Shown here: piece by piece, positions 25,384 to 36,518 of the stretch | Numbering within the stretch: position 1 is the stretch's first letter | How the letters are laid out: each line of letters begins with the position of its first letter | NCBI RefSeq assembly: GCF_037042905.1 | Contig: NC_087250.1 | Location: 25,422,001 to 25,486,000, forward strand | Source: Lytechinus pictus | Lineage: Eukaryota | Direction: 5' to 3' | Length of the DNA stretch: 64,000 nt | Position numbers and translations under genes: made by a program | Notes under the pieces: model-generated | Told to the model about the DNA's origin: nothing | Seen by the model: the letters and a program-made list of their open reading frames with translations, nothing else | The model's database searches: none

Positions 25384-26389
25384 TGTCAGGATAGAAATTT
25401 AATTACAGATGTATTTCAGTTAGACAGTTTTAAACAGTTTTAAACATGTGTTTAAAATAGTTATTTGGTCCAGGTTAGGGTAGGCCTGTAGACAAGCATG
25501 TAGATATGTTTTGAATACTTTGAAAGCAAGCATCGGAAACGCTTGATACCCCCCCCCCCCCCGTTAGAGTACAAGTGTACCAGGTTTATGTCATATTTTA
25601 TTCAGGTGTTCGAAATATTTCTTTAGGAGAAGCATTTTCATACAGGTGTCGTAAATAACCAAAAGTGATCTAGCATTGATGAGTGTAGATGTATAGATAC
25701 ACAGGAAGTGTCTTTTATTAATAGGAATGTGGTGTTTTATGCACTGATCTGTTATCGAAATTCTTTGGATTACTTTATAGAAATCTTACAGTTAGTCCTA
25801 GTAACGGTAGGGTATATTAGGAGGTTCATTTCGGCAATTCAGGGAGAACCACCTAAGCTAGAATAGACTACAGATGTTCGTATAGGCAGTCTAAGTTATA
25901 ACTGAGGGACTACGTCGGTGACGAGATAACGACCCCAGCTGCCGCCGGTTCTCCACCGACATGATTGGTCAAAATTCATGTCATCATTGGGGGCTCGATC
26001 TCGTCCAATAATTCGTTGAAGCCACATCTCTGATCTGAGGGCTACTCATCAGGGGGCAACTGTCTGCGGAGGCCGAGGCCGAGTGGAAGAGACATCGCAA
26101 GCTGCGGAGGCCAGGAACTGGACCGACCACCAGGGCCGAGTGGGGCATGTCAAGCCAGAACAGATGATGTGGGCTCTATTCAACTATTGTTTAAGTTAAG
26201 TTATATTTTGTTATATCCATGTATATTTCATGTATAAACATTGTAAAATAATCAAAGGAGATCACAGAATGATTTAAGAGCTTTGATTAAATCTTTTACT
26301 AACTGTAATCCTCAGTTTTACGTATTCCTTATTTGGCGTCAAGCAGCAGTAGCTAAATAATTAAAAAAAAAGTCACTTCCCACGTGACA
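25384..26389 (+). repeat. 3' LTR
   Basis: Nearly identical to the 5' LTR: about 8 substitutions by eye plus homopolymer length changes. Confidence 0.95.
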
Positions 26390-27060
26390 ATATAGTAATA
26401 GGTCTAGATCTAGACTAGTGACTTGTAGACTCAATATCAATGTAGATTCTAGATAAAAAAATAGTAAATGTAGGCTAGATCTAGTCTAGGCTTACTTCCG
26501 CTACTCATCTAACGTTAGGCCTGAAAAAGGAAGTAGGCTAGGGATCTAGCATTGGATTATTTCTAGGACTAAAGGATCTTGATCTAGGCTTAAATATAAA
26601 GCTAGGGGCTGTAGTTCGAGATCTAGAGTAGAGGTATAGCCCCCCCCCCAAAAAAAAAAAAAAAAAAAAAAATTGAACTAAGCCCACAGCTACATGTAGT
26701 TCTCTGACTATGTAGCCAAACAAAAGTTAGCATTGACCATTGTCTTAATCTTATTTTGGCGTATGTAGTTACCATACAAACACATATCTTGATGAATGAG
26801 AAAATGTGTCTTGCAGATTATTTTAGCTCAAAACCTACATTTCATGGACATATAGGCCAACGTCATAAAATGAAGAAGTAATTCAATCCACATCATGCTG
26901 TTTACACATTTATTGATTTGATATGCCGTTACCATGGCAACACATTTTCCAATGTATGTCTTGTAGATCTATACCTTAAAATCAATGTGTGAGCCAACTT
27001 TTATAAGAATTGGTTGAAAACTAATAAAAGGATTCAAACCACAAGATTTTCACCTAATTT

Positions 27061-29740
27061 CAGGCTTATTATATTCACTCGCGTTCGTAATCACTCGCGT
27101 CGCGTTGGTAAACACACGCGTTTTTTATTTTTGGCGATTTTTTTCATTTCGGTGCGATTTTTTTTCTAACGGTGTCTTCAATGGGACAAACACGCTGGGG
27201 AAATAAAATGAAATTGAAATTCGAGTTTCGTTTTAAGCCGGCAATTAAGTGCCTTAAAATAAAATGTACTCGACTACTGTTTTAACATAACAAACAAGCA
27301 AATCAGCCATGTGGCTCAACTTACTTAGAATAGATCCGGACTTCTACTGTGTCTTATACGAGGACTCCGAGTCGGAACTTGCCATATCTGCCACATCGAT
27401 ATTACATCGTATCTTTCCCATATGCGGACATGCCTGCATGCAATGGCCCCAAGGCGGCCGGACCCGGCCGTTGTCGGACACGACGTGCATCGGTAGCATG
27501 GAGCAAGCTAACGTGAGTCGAGCTGAGTTAGATCCCACGTTACATATGAGACGCCGATTGTACCAATATTATATAGAACAATTATTTGTTACATAATCAT
27601 TATTCATTAAATAATAACTATTATTTATATATAATTTACATTCTATTTGTAAATAATTACTATTATATAAAATAACATTTCTAATTATTTATATATAATT
27701 CCAAGTAATACTTCATTATTTATAAATACTGATTATTTGTTTTTCATTATTTATAAATAATGATAATTTGTTTTTCATTATTTATAAATAATGATTATTT
27801 GTTTTACATTATTTATAAATAATGATTATTTGTTTTTCATTATTCATAAACAATGGTTATTTGTATATAAATAACGATTATTTGTATATAATGGCAAACT
27901 GTAAAAATCGTTTATAAATAATGATTATTTATAAATAATTGGATATTCAAACAAAAATGTTATTTATAAATAATGAAACACGATGAATTTTCATTATTTA
28001 TAAATAATGGGAAACTCAACAAATTATTTATAAATAAAGAAATGTGCACTGGCATTGTTAATAGATAATTATCATTTACAAATAATAGAAAACTCGACAA
28101 ACTTATTTATAAATAATAAAAAAACGAATTGCAATTATTCATAAATAATGAAGTATGCAGTGTCATTATTTATAAATAATGAAACACAAAAATTATTATT
28201 TATAGATAATGGAATGTCGAACTATTATTATTTACAAGTAATGAAGTATTACTTTGAATTATATATAAATAGTTAGAAATGTTATTTTATATAATAGTAA
28301 TTACTTACAAATAGAATGTAAATTATATATAAATAATAGTTATTACTTAATGAATAATGATTACATAACAAATAATTGTTCTATATAATATTGGTACAAT
28401 CGGCGCTTCATATATAACGTGGGATCTAACTCAGCTCGACTCACGTTAGCTTGCTCCATGCTACCGATGCACGTCGTGTCCGACCGCGGCCGGGTCCGGT
28501 CGCCTTGGGGCCATTGCATGCAGGCATGTCCGCATATGGGAATGATACGATGTAATATCGATGTGGCAGATAAGGCAAGTTCCGACTTGGGAGTCCTCGT
28601 AGACACAGTAGAAGTCCGGATCTATTCTAAGTTAGTTGAGCCATGGACCTATTACGAATGGACATTCAACGAATCCCCTCCTTTGACACAGAGACCGTCG
28701 CCGCTAATCCTTTTATAAACAGAGCGCTGGCAGCTGACACCCATCAAGCCGGTCGTAAAAAACGCTCTCACCATGCTCTCACTGATGGACAGCGGAAATC
28801 AATTGTACGCTGCTCCTACACATTGCGATGTTGTTCGTTCACTTTATCAACAGCAACGCACAGCAGCGAACGTTAGCGCTATGAAAATGATAGCAGAAAC
28901 AAGAAAACAGGCGTGCATAAACGTATTTTTTTACGTACATCGCTAACAACCGGAAATGAAATGCATTGACATCACCTTGCAGATCCGTATATCTATGGCA
29001 AAAAAGCACTTGAAATTTGACGAAAAAATCTGCGGAAAAACGTTAAAATTTCATCTTTTTCGGACAGTATTGATGTCGATAGTAGCGCTTACCTTCGGTC
29101 AGAAGTTGATTTTCATTTGGGCATAAAATTCCACAGGATTGATGAAATTTAACAGGATTTTTTTTGATGGACAGACGACAATCGCACATTATAGACAGCC
29201 TAAAATAATGTACTGAAAAACCGGATATGAATTGCGCATTGCATTCTAGGTAATGTAGGGACTTTCCCTTTTGGCAATCGGGGCTAAAACATGACCGCCT
29301 TTGGTCGAAAGAGGGCCAGTGATCGATCGGTGACGATCAATGGGCGAAAGGAGCTTGTGTAAACAATCGCCCCGGGCGGTGGTCGTAAAAACCGCGTAAA
29401 GAGAAAGTTAAGGGTTAGACAGCGATTTTGACAGCTGGAAACAGGTGGTGGTCATAAAATACTCTCGTTGAATGTCCATTCGTAATAGGTCCATGGTTGA
29501 GCCACATGGCTGATTTGCAGTTTGTTATGTTAAAACAGTAGTCGAGTACATTTTATTTTAAGGCACTTAATTGCCAGCTTAAAACGAAACTCGAATTTCA
29601 ATTTCATTTTTTTTCCCTGCATGTCTGTCCCATTGAAGACACCGTAAAAAAAAAATCGCACCGAAAAAAAGAAAATATCGCCAAAAATTCAAAACGCGAT
29701 TGATTACGAACCTGCACGCGACGCAAGTGATTGTAAACTG
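27061..29740. mobile_element. Foldback element with hAT-like CAG...CTG ends and AT-rich core
   Basis: Arms 27115-27315 ~ rc(29496-29700) and 27310-27730 ~ rc(28230-28641); TTATTTATAAATAAT repeats in the centre; 8-bp TSD CCTAATTT/CCTAATTG. Confidence 0.8.
28642..29495. mobile_element. Non-autonomous TIR element, P-superfamily-like
   Basis: 31-bp perfect TIR CATGGACCTATTACGAATGGACATTCAACGA; exact 7-bp TSD GTTGAGC (28635-28641, 29496-29502). The opposite foldback arm shows the empty site. Confidence 0.85.
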
Positions 29741-31028
29741 CCTAATTGCATGATGCTGTTACCTTGGCAACACGATTTCTGATACAGACAAAAATAGTCT
29801 TGCACATCTTCAACTCAAGACTAATGTGTGTGCCAAATTTCATGAGCATTGGTTGAAAAAAGATGAAGGAGTTAGAACTACAAGATTTTCACCTTATTTT
29901 CGTAAAATAATATGTTGTTACCATGGCAACACAATTTCTGATACAGGCAAAAATATGTCTTAGACATCTTCAACTCAAGACTAATGTGTGTGCCAAATTT
30001 TTAGGAGAATTGACCAGTTGAAAACTGATAGAGTAATTCAAATCACAAGATTTTCATCAAATTTTTGTTATTTTATTTGTTACCATGGCAACACGACTTT
30101 TTATAAAAAGGCATAAAATATATATTTTAGATTAAGACTAATGTTTGTGCCACATTTCATGAGAATTTGTGAAAAACTGAGGAAGTAGTTGGAACTGCAA
30201 GATTTTTACATAATTTTTGCCATAATATACTGTTACCATGGCAACACAAATTCCGACACATGCAAAAATGTGTCTTGCACATCTTCACCTCAAGACTTTT
30301 GTCTGTGGCAAATATCATGAGAAATGGTTGAAAAATTATGAAATAGTTAGAACCACAAGTTTTTCACCTAATTTTCGTTATTTAATATGTTGTTACCATA
30401 GCAACGCGATTTTTTTCATATATTTTAGGCATAGAATATGTTTTGCACATCTCCACATTAAGACTAATGTCTGTGCCAAATTTCATGAGAATTGGTTAAA
30501 AAGTGAGGAAGTTGTTGGAACAGCAAGATTTATACATAATTTTGGCCATAATATACCGTTACCATGGCAACACAATTTCAGACACATGCAAAAATGTGTC
30601 TTGCACATCTTTTCCTCAAATCCAATGTGTGAGCCAACTTTCATGAGAATTGGTAGAAAACTGATGAAGTATTTTAAACGGCAAAATTTTGGCCAAAATA
30701 TTCTGTTACCATGGCAACACAATTTCTGAAAAAGCAAAAAAAAAATAATTTCTTGCACCTCCTTACCTTGAGACCAATGTGTGTTCCAAATTTCATGAGA
30801 ATCGGTTAAAAACTGAGGAAGTATAGCTAGAAATGCAATATAGGTATAAATTCTAAAAAATTGTTGGCCATGATTTGTTGGATTTAAACCAGGCTTAAAT
30901 TACCCCCAGCGCGAGTTTAACTTTTTGAGGATTTATTACCACACTTAGACCAGGGTTAACTTAAACCTTGCTATCGGAATACGAAACTTAAACCTAGGTC
31001 TAAATATGGCAGTTTATTACCACACTAA

Positions 31029-31248
31029 GGGGGTGTTGCAAGAAAATATTTGCGATCAATTGCAAATATTCTGTTGCAATTTTACAACTGATAGATCAAC
31101 GTTAGCTGTAGCAAATCAGATTAAACTTCTTGCTTCAAGGAGCAGATTAGCAATCAATCACTAATTTGCAATTAACTACAACACATGTGATTGATTTAGG
31201 GACCAAAAATAGACTTGCAATTGATCGCAAGTTTCTTGCAACACCCCA
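31029..31248. mobile_element. Harbinger/Tourist-type MITE
   Basis: TIR GGGGTGTTGCAAGAAA...TGCGATCAATTGCAA; TAA/TTA flanks; interrupts a subterminal repeat of the outer shell. Confidence 0.85.
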
Positions 31249-32028
31249 TTAGACTAGGGTTAAGTTAAACCACGCTATCAGAATACGGGCCCTTGTGTCT
31301 ATAATTAAAAAAAAAAACACTATGAAACAGTCCGTCCTGAGATCCACCATCTGGTAACCAAACACCGTCCTAGTGCCTATATAACAATGTACAAGTCATG
31401 ATATTGGATTCCATATACGCATATTAAAGAAACAAAATCACACTAGTTTCCATCATTAATACAAGGAATCAATACAAACGAAATATGTGACAATAAATTC
31501 AACTGCAGGTGATACATTTATGTACCTAATCATTGGTTCAAAACAATAAACCTTGCATTTTTGGACATTGCATTTGAGGATAACCACCTTTTGAATATTA
31601 AGTTCCATCTTGCACAAAAGAAACTCCTGGTACTCTTTTTCTTTCTCAAAAATTAAGAGAACGGACACGTGGGCAGATTTGACATGTGCCAAATAAAAAA
31701 AGAGCAAACTATTACAATAACAGACCCGTTCCACATCTTGAGATTATTATACACATTCTTAAAACTTTTCCTTTTTTATTTGCACTATGTATGCTCAATA
31801 CAAAATGTCTGAATTGCGGTATTCAACACGCTGCTCTTTTGTAAGAAACCCAAAACCTACGTCCTTTCATTCTATTGAATGTGAACAAGAATGTCAGTGT
31901 TGCTCGTTGATATAATTTCACCAATTGTATACACTCACTTTAGTTTAAAGGAGATGCACTCATGCTTAACTCACCAATAGCGCTTTCATGCATTGTTGTT
32001 TACCCCTAAAGGCGGTTTTCCACTAGGG

Positions 32029-33120
32029 CGCGCAGTCAGACGGCAGGTCCCAAGAAAGTGGCTTCTTTCATCCAAGTGATATTCATGACTTGAGATGTTT
32101 TGCATATTTAATGAGCCTGATGCGGACCAAAACACCTCTTTTCATTCGGTCATTGCTGCTCTAATTGTGCATCGAATTTCATGAATTTGGTGTCATTGTA
32201 AAGAAGAAGAATCATTCTTTTAGGTCATGTGTTTGAATTTATTCAAAGATTTTGTAATATAGGTTAAAATTTTGATCTAAAATATGCTACAAAATAATTA
32301 TTTTCACCTGACAAAAGCTGCTATTTTCACACTTTATTTTTGTTTGAGCCCAAATGATTTTTATATCATGATAAAGCTGAATATGTATGCTTTAAAATGA
32401 TATAGGTTTCAAAATAAGAATTGGTTTAATCGGGTCAAGATCACACTTTTCATTTGCCAAGTACATAAAGCAGCTTGAAAACAAGAATACTGCACTCTGA
32501 TTGGTCAAAGAGACCACACAGTGGCAAATTCCAACGGTTCCAGTGCCTGTGTTCATGGGAAGGACACACTTCCCATGTGGTAATCTCCTCAAATACCCCG
32601 CGCCTGTTGTTCTGTGAACCTTATCCAGCCAATCAGAACTCTGGATTTCATGCAAGTACAAAATTTCAGAAATCTCGTCTTGTACCTTGGTGGGAAAAGT
32701 GTGATCTTGACCCGATTAAAAGGTGCCGCATATCAAGAGTGGCATTGTGAGAAAGTACAGAAGTTCAGCTTTATGGTGATATAGATATCATTGAGGCTCA
32801 AAATAAAAAGTTTTGCACAATTTGCAAAAGAAAACAGAGGAAGAAAATTCAGATTTGAGGCACATTTTCAGGCCAGAAATTTACTTTTTTAACGAAATAT
32901 TGTATACAAAATAAATGACCAATATGAAAGAGTAACATTTACTCTATCTGATGATGCAATAATATTTCATTTAACTTGAGGTTAAAACAGGTAAATTCTT
33001 AGAGAAAGAAAATCTCACGAATCACGAGATTTTGCAAGGAGGAGGATTCAGCCACGAGATGATTTGGATGAATCTGGCCTTTTTGCTCATTAGCATAGGG
33101 ACCTGCGGTCTGACTGCGCG
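32029..33120. mobile_element. Non-autonomous TIR element with internal inverted repeats, unclassified
   Basis: TIR CGCGCAGTCAGAC.GCAGGTCCC; inner inverted pair TTTAATCGGGTCAAGATCACACTTTTC (~32425 and ~32695). No clear TSD. Confidence 0.75.
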
Positions 33121-33344
33121 GACAAGACCAGGAAGGGTTGCGGAAGCAACTTTTGTCATTTCGGCATGCTGTCCGCAACCAAATTTCATAAAAGATTATG
33201 CAAATGATCTTGTCCTAGGATACGAACAGGACTGTCTGCGTATTGTCCTAGGACATTCCTGGGACTGTCCTAGGACAGGATTAACTGAATAAATTTTTCG
33301 GCGTTTGGCGTGGAAAGCATGCAGATCGTATTAGGGCAGAACTG

Positions 33345-33515
33345 GGGGCCGTTTCATAAAGCTGTTCGTAAGTTAAGAGCGACTTTAAGAACGACTGGTG
33401 ATCCTTTCTTACGCGCTAAACCATCGCCAATGAATATACCATTTACCACAAGAAAGGATCACCAGTCGTTCTTAAAGTCGCTCTTAACTTACGAACAGCT
33501 TTATGAAACACCCAC
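33345..33515. mobile_element. Palindromic Harbinger-type MITE
   Basis: ~60-bp near-perfect inverted arms (GTTTCATAAAGCTGTTCGTAAGTTAAGAGCGACTTTAAGAACGACTGGTGATCCTTTCTT); CTG on both flanks. Confidence 0.85.
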
Positions 33516-34121
33516 CTGGACACATTCAGGACAACGTCACGAGTGGTAAATTTAAGGACTAGGACAATTAGGATCACTTTCAGACAACCTGTGAATCCTC
33601 CGAAAAAAATATCGTTCATACATTTTTTTATAGATTTAGGGGTACTATTTGGGGGTTTGGGGTGTTTTTTTTTTTAACTAACCTTGATTCTGCTATTAAG
33701 TCCGAGTAGGGAGCAGGCGAGATTTAAGAAATTCGTCATGAAAATACGCGATTTTTGCACATTTTTCGATTACAAAGACTATATAATATATGATTTTCTT
33801 TTCTTTCAAATCAAATTGTATTCATGGTTTGAAATCCCAGGGGGACAGGGGACGCGTCCCCTCACTTTTTAGAAAGGTGGGGGCACAACATAAAATGTCC
33901 CTCCCCCACTTTTTGGAGGGAGCAAAAATAAAGAAAGAAAACGAAAGGAACAAGAAAAAAAAGGGAAGAGAGAAGAGAAAAAAAAGGAGAGAAAAATACA
34001 AGGAGAAAGACGAGTGAATAAAATTAGGTGAGGAGAAATCATCTTTCATGTCACAACATAAAATTTTCGCTCACGCTTCGTGCTCGCATTGTCTAATCTA
34101 TGGGATACATAACTACATATA

Positions 34122-34330
34122 CAGTGCGTCCCCCAAAAAACTATACACTTTTGAAATGGCTGCCAAATAAAAAATGTAGCACTTTGGGGAGAAAGACTTA
34201 CATATATGAAAAGCTAATAAAGTCAACTTTCAAATTACACCAAAAAGTTGGAAAACTATTCATGCTTGAGCGAGCACTGCCCACTGAAACAAAGGGTATG
34301 AAAATTAGGATGGGCCGGAGTTAGCCTTCC
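34122..34330 (+). mobile_element. Truncated Tc1/mariner-type MITE end
   Basis: TA-CAGTGCGT...TACACTTTTGAAA start, related to the end of 35108-36079; no matching right end found. Confidence 0.5.
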
Positions 34331-34792
34331 AATTTATGTCAGTTTTTGAGAGGCAAATCCTTTCGAACATGCAAAGTTAAGGGCGTTGTGATAAATTAAT
34401 GATCAACCGTGACTAGTTTTGGTTGCTTAAGCAAATTTTTTGAATTATCGAATTGAACTTTAATGCATAAGTGAACATAAATTACACTTTTGCGGCAGCA
34501 TTTCAACTTCATCATTAATTTGGATCTCTTTTTAGGCAGCATTTCAACTTTATCATGTGGATCTCAGCAATGTGTTCATGGGAGTCGGGAGAATAGGGGT
34601 GAGATAGGACTTATCATATTGTCCATTTTTTTCGTAATGGAAAATCGACAAGTTTCATCTCGCGCTTAGGAAGACGTATAGGAAGATATTTATCATAGTC
34701 ATAACAAAATATCCTTAAAATATCCCGGTCGCAAGTCAAAATACATGTAATATCAAACAATATCAGCTTGAATTTCGCACTCGCATCATTAA

Positions 34793-36361
34793 AGGACAAG
34801 TCCACCCCAACGAAAAGTTTATTTGGATTAAAAGAGAAATATCAGACAAGCATAACAGTGAAAATTTCATCAAAATCGGATGTAAAATAAGAAAGTGATG
34901 ACATTCTAAATTTTCGCTTAATTTCACAAAACAGTTATTTGCACATCCTGGTCAGTATGCAAATGAGGAGACTGATGATATGATCCACTCACTATTTATT
35001 TTGTATTTTATTGTATGAAATATGAAATTTTCAAATTTTCTCCTCATTACCAAATGAAATACCATTAATTCCCCCTTAAGATGTGGAATTAGCATTGTTT
35101 AATACTACAGTGCGTATAAAAAAGTTTACACTTTGAAAAAGTCCTGGGAATTAAAAGATATACAACATGTGGGTATTTTTTTCACATATAATTCTAGGTT
35201 TGGGTCTCATCTATCCAATGAAAGTAAACGTTTTGACAGAATGTATACACTTGAGTGGGCACTGTCCAATTTTGTAAAGCTCGCAGAAATCTCTTTGCGC
35301 AGAAATGCTCGTTTTCACGCTGTGTCAAGGGGAAAGGGCGAAATCAAATTTACCCTGCAAAACATTTCTCATACATTTCCCTTGCACTTTTAGTCAATTG
35401 AAATACAACATACATTCAAGCATTTTGTAACAATTTTGCCACCCAAAATGAAATTTCAAGCACAACCTCTACCCTTTTTGTGCCAGCTGGATCTGAGGAC
35501 ATAACTAAATCTGAACAAAAGTTTAGATCAGACATCTCCAGCATTTTTTACTAAGTTTTTATCGTTTAAAGTGGGTTTACATTTCGTTTTTCATTTAATA
35601 CTTGTTTCTCCACACTTTTTCCAAGCTTGAGAATGATTAACAAAATGAAAATCAAGCCTAAGCCATTTCATGTAAATCACAGCTCAGTGTAGAGCAAATA
35701 TTGCCACGATGGTCTCGGTGTGTGGGGGAGTGGGGTGGGGCACAATGCACTCTTCGAAATGTTTTGGGCAAGGAAACAAGTTAAAAAGGTAAAAGATATC
35801 TTCAAACCAATTTTACTAGCTAAATTCAACGTGTTCTTCATGATTAAGGCCTACTTTTATTCCCATAACTATTTCAAAGTTCTACGCAAATCATTTTTCA
35901 CTAACTTTTCAAAAATTAGTGGTGCTCACTCAAGCGGAAATATTTTTCGACAATTATATCGTCATTTACTTAAATGGATCTGTACCAATGTTAAAATGTG
36001 GAAAAACCTTCAGGATATTTCAAATGTATGATTTTACAGGATTTTTTTCTAAGTGTAAACTTTTTTTTGATACGCACTGTATATGGTTCAGTCAAGTTGG
36101 TCCTTACTGTCAAATCTAAAAAAAAAAAAAATATTGTATTATTCAAACAATAAGAAACAAAAGAAATAGTGAGTGAAGGACATCGTCAACTGTCTCATTT
36201 GCATATCACTAATTGTGCATTTCACTGTTTTGTGAAAAATAAGCGAAATTTAAAATGTCATAACTTTCCTATTTCATATCCGATTTTTATGAAATTTTCA
36301 GCGTTATGCTTGTTTGATTTTTTTAAATTCAAATCAACATTTTCTGGGGTGGGCTTGACCT
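34793..36361 (+). mobile_element. Kolobok-like MITE interrupted by a Tc1/mariner-type element
   Basis: TTAA-AGGACAAGTCCACCCCA...TGGGGTGGGCTTGACCT-TTAA; colinear with the intact copy at 52990-53596. Confidence 0.85.
35108..36079. mobile_element. Tc1/mariner-type non-autonomous element
   Basis: TA TSD; TIR CAGTGCGTAT.AAAAAAGTTTACACTT. Confidence 0.85.
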
Positions 36362-36518
36362 TTAAGCGCAATCCCTATCCACTTCAGAATTTTCCTACAC
36401 AGTGCTCGAAATAGCGCTTAAATTCGCATTTTTTCAGATTGGAATACAAAATATTTTAGCTCGCGCTTCGCGCTCGCAATATTGATGTTATAATAAAAAT
36501 GTGGAATGTCCAGATTCT

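Larger units (their letters stand above)
14508..26389 (+). mobile_element. Ty3/Gypsy LTR retrotransposon, Gmr1-like, defective
   Basis: Two ~1-kb TGTCA...TGACA LTRs, 5-bp TSD ATATA (14503-14507, 26390-26394), PBS, PPT and gag-PR-RT-RH remnants. Confidence 0.95.
26765..30840. repeat. ~160-bp tandem satellite (26765-27060 and 29741-30840), split by a foldback insertion
   Basis: Recurrent unit GTTACCATGGCAACAC...TGTCTTGCACATCTT...CCAAATTTCATGAGAATTGGTTGAAAA, spacing 147-166 bp. Confidence 0.9.
12982..31291. mobile_element. Harbinger-type non-autonomous shell expanded to 18.3 kb by nested insertions
   Basis: ~42-bp TIRs (GGCCCGTATTCTGATAGC.GGTTTAA.TTAACCCTAGTCTAA and its reverse complement), 3-bp TSD CTT (12979-12981, 31292-31294), and subterminal GGTTTAA/TTAAACC repeats at both ends. 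Confidence 0.85.

Noticed and set aside
30238..30758. 163-aa and 91-aa ORFs with repeated LPWQHNF
   Set aside because: They are translations of the 160-bp satellite, and the frame is not kept between units.
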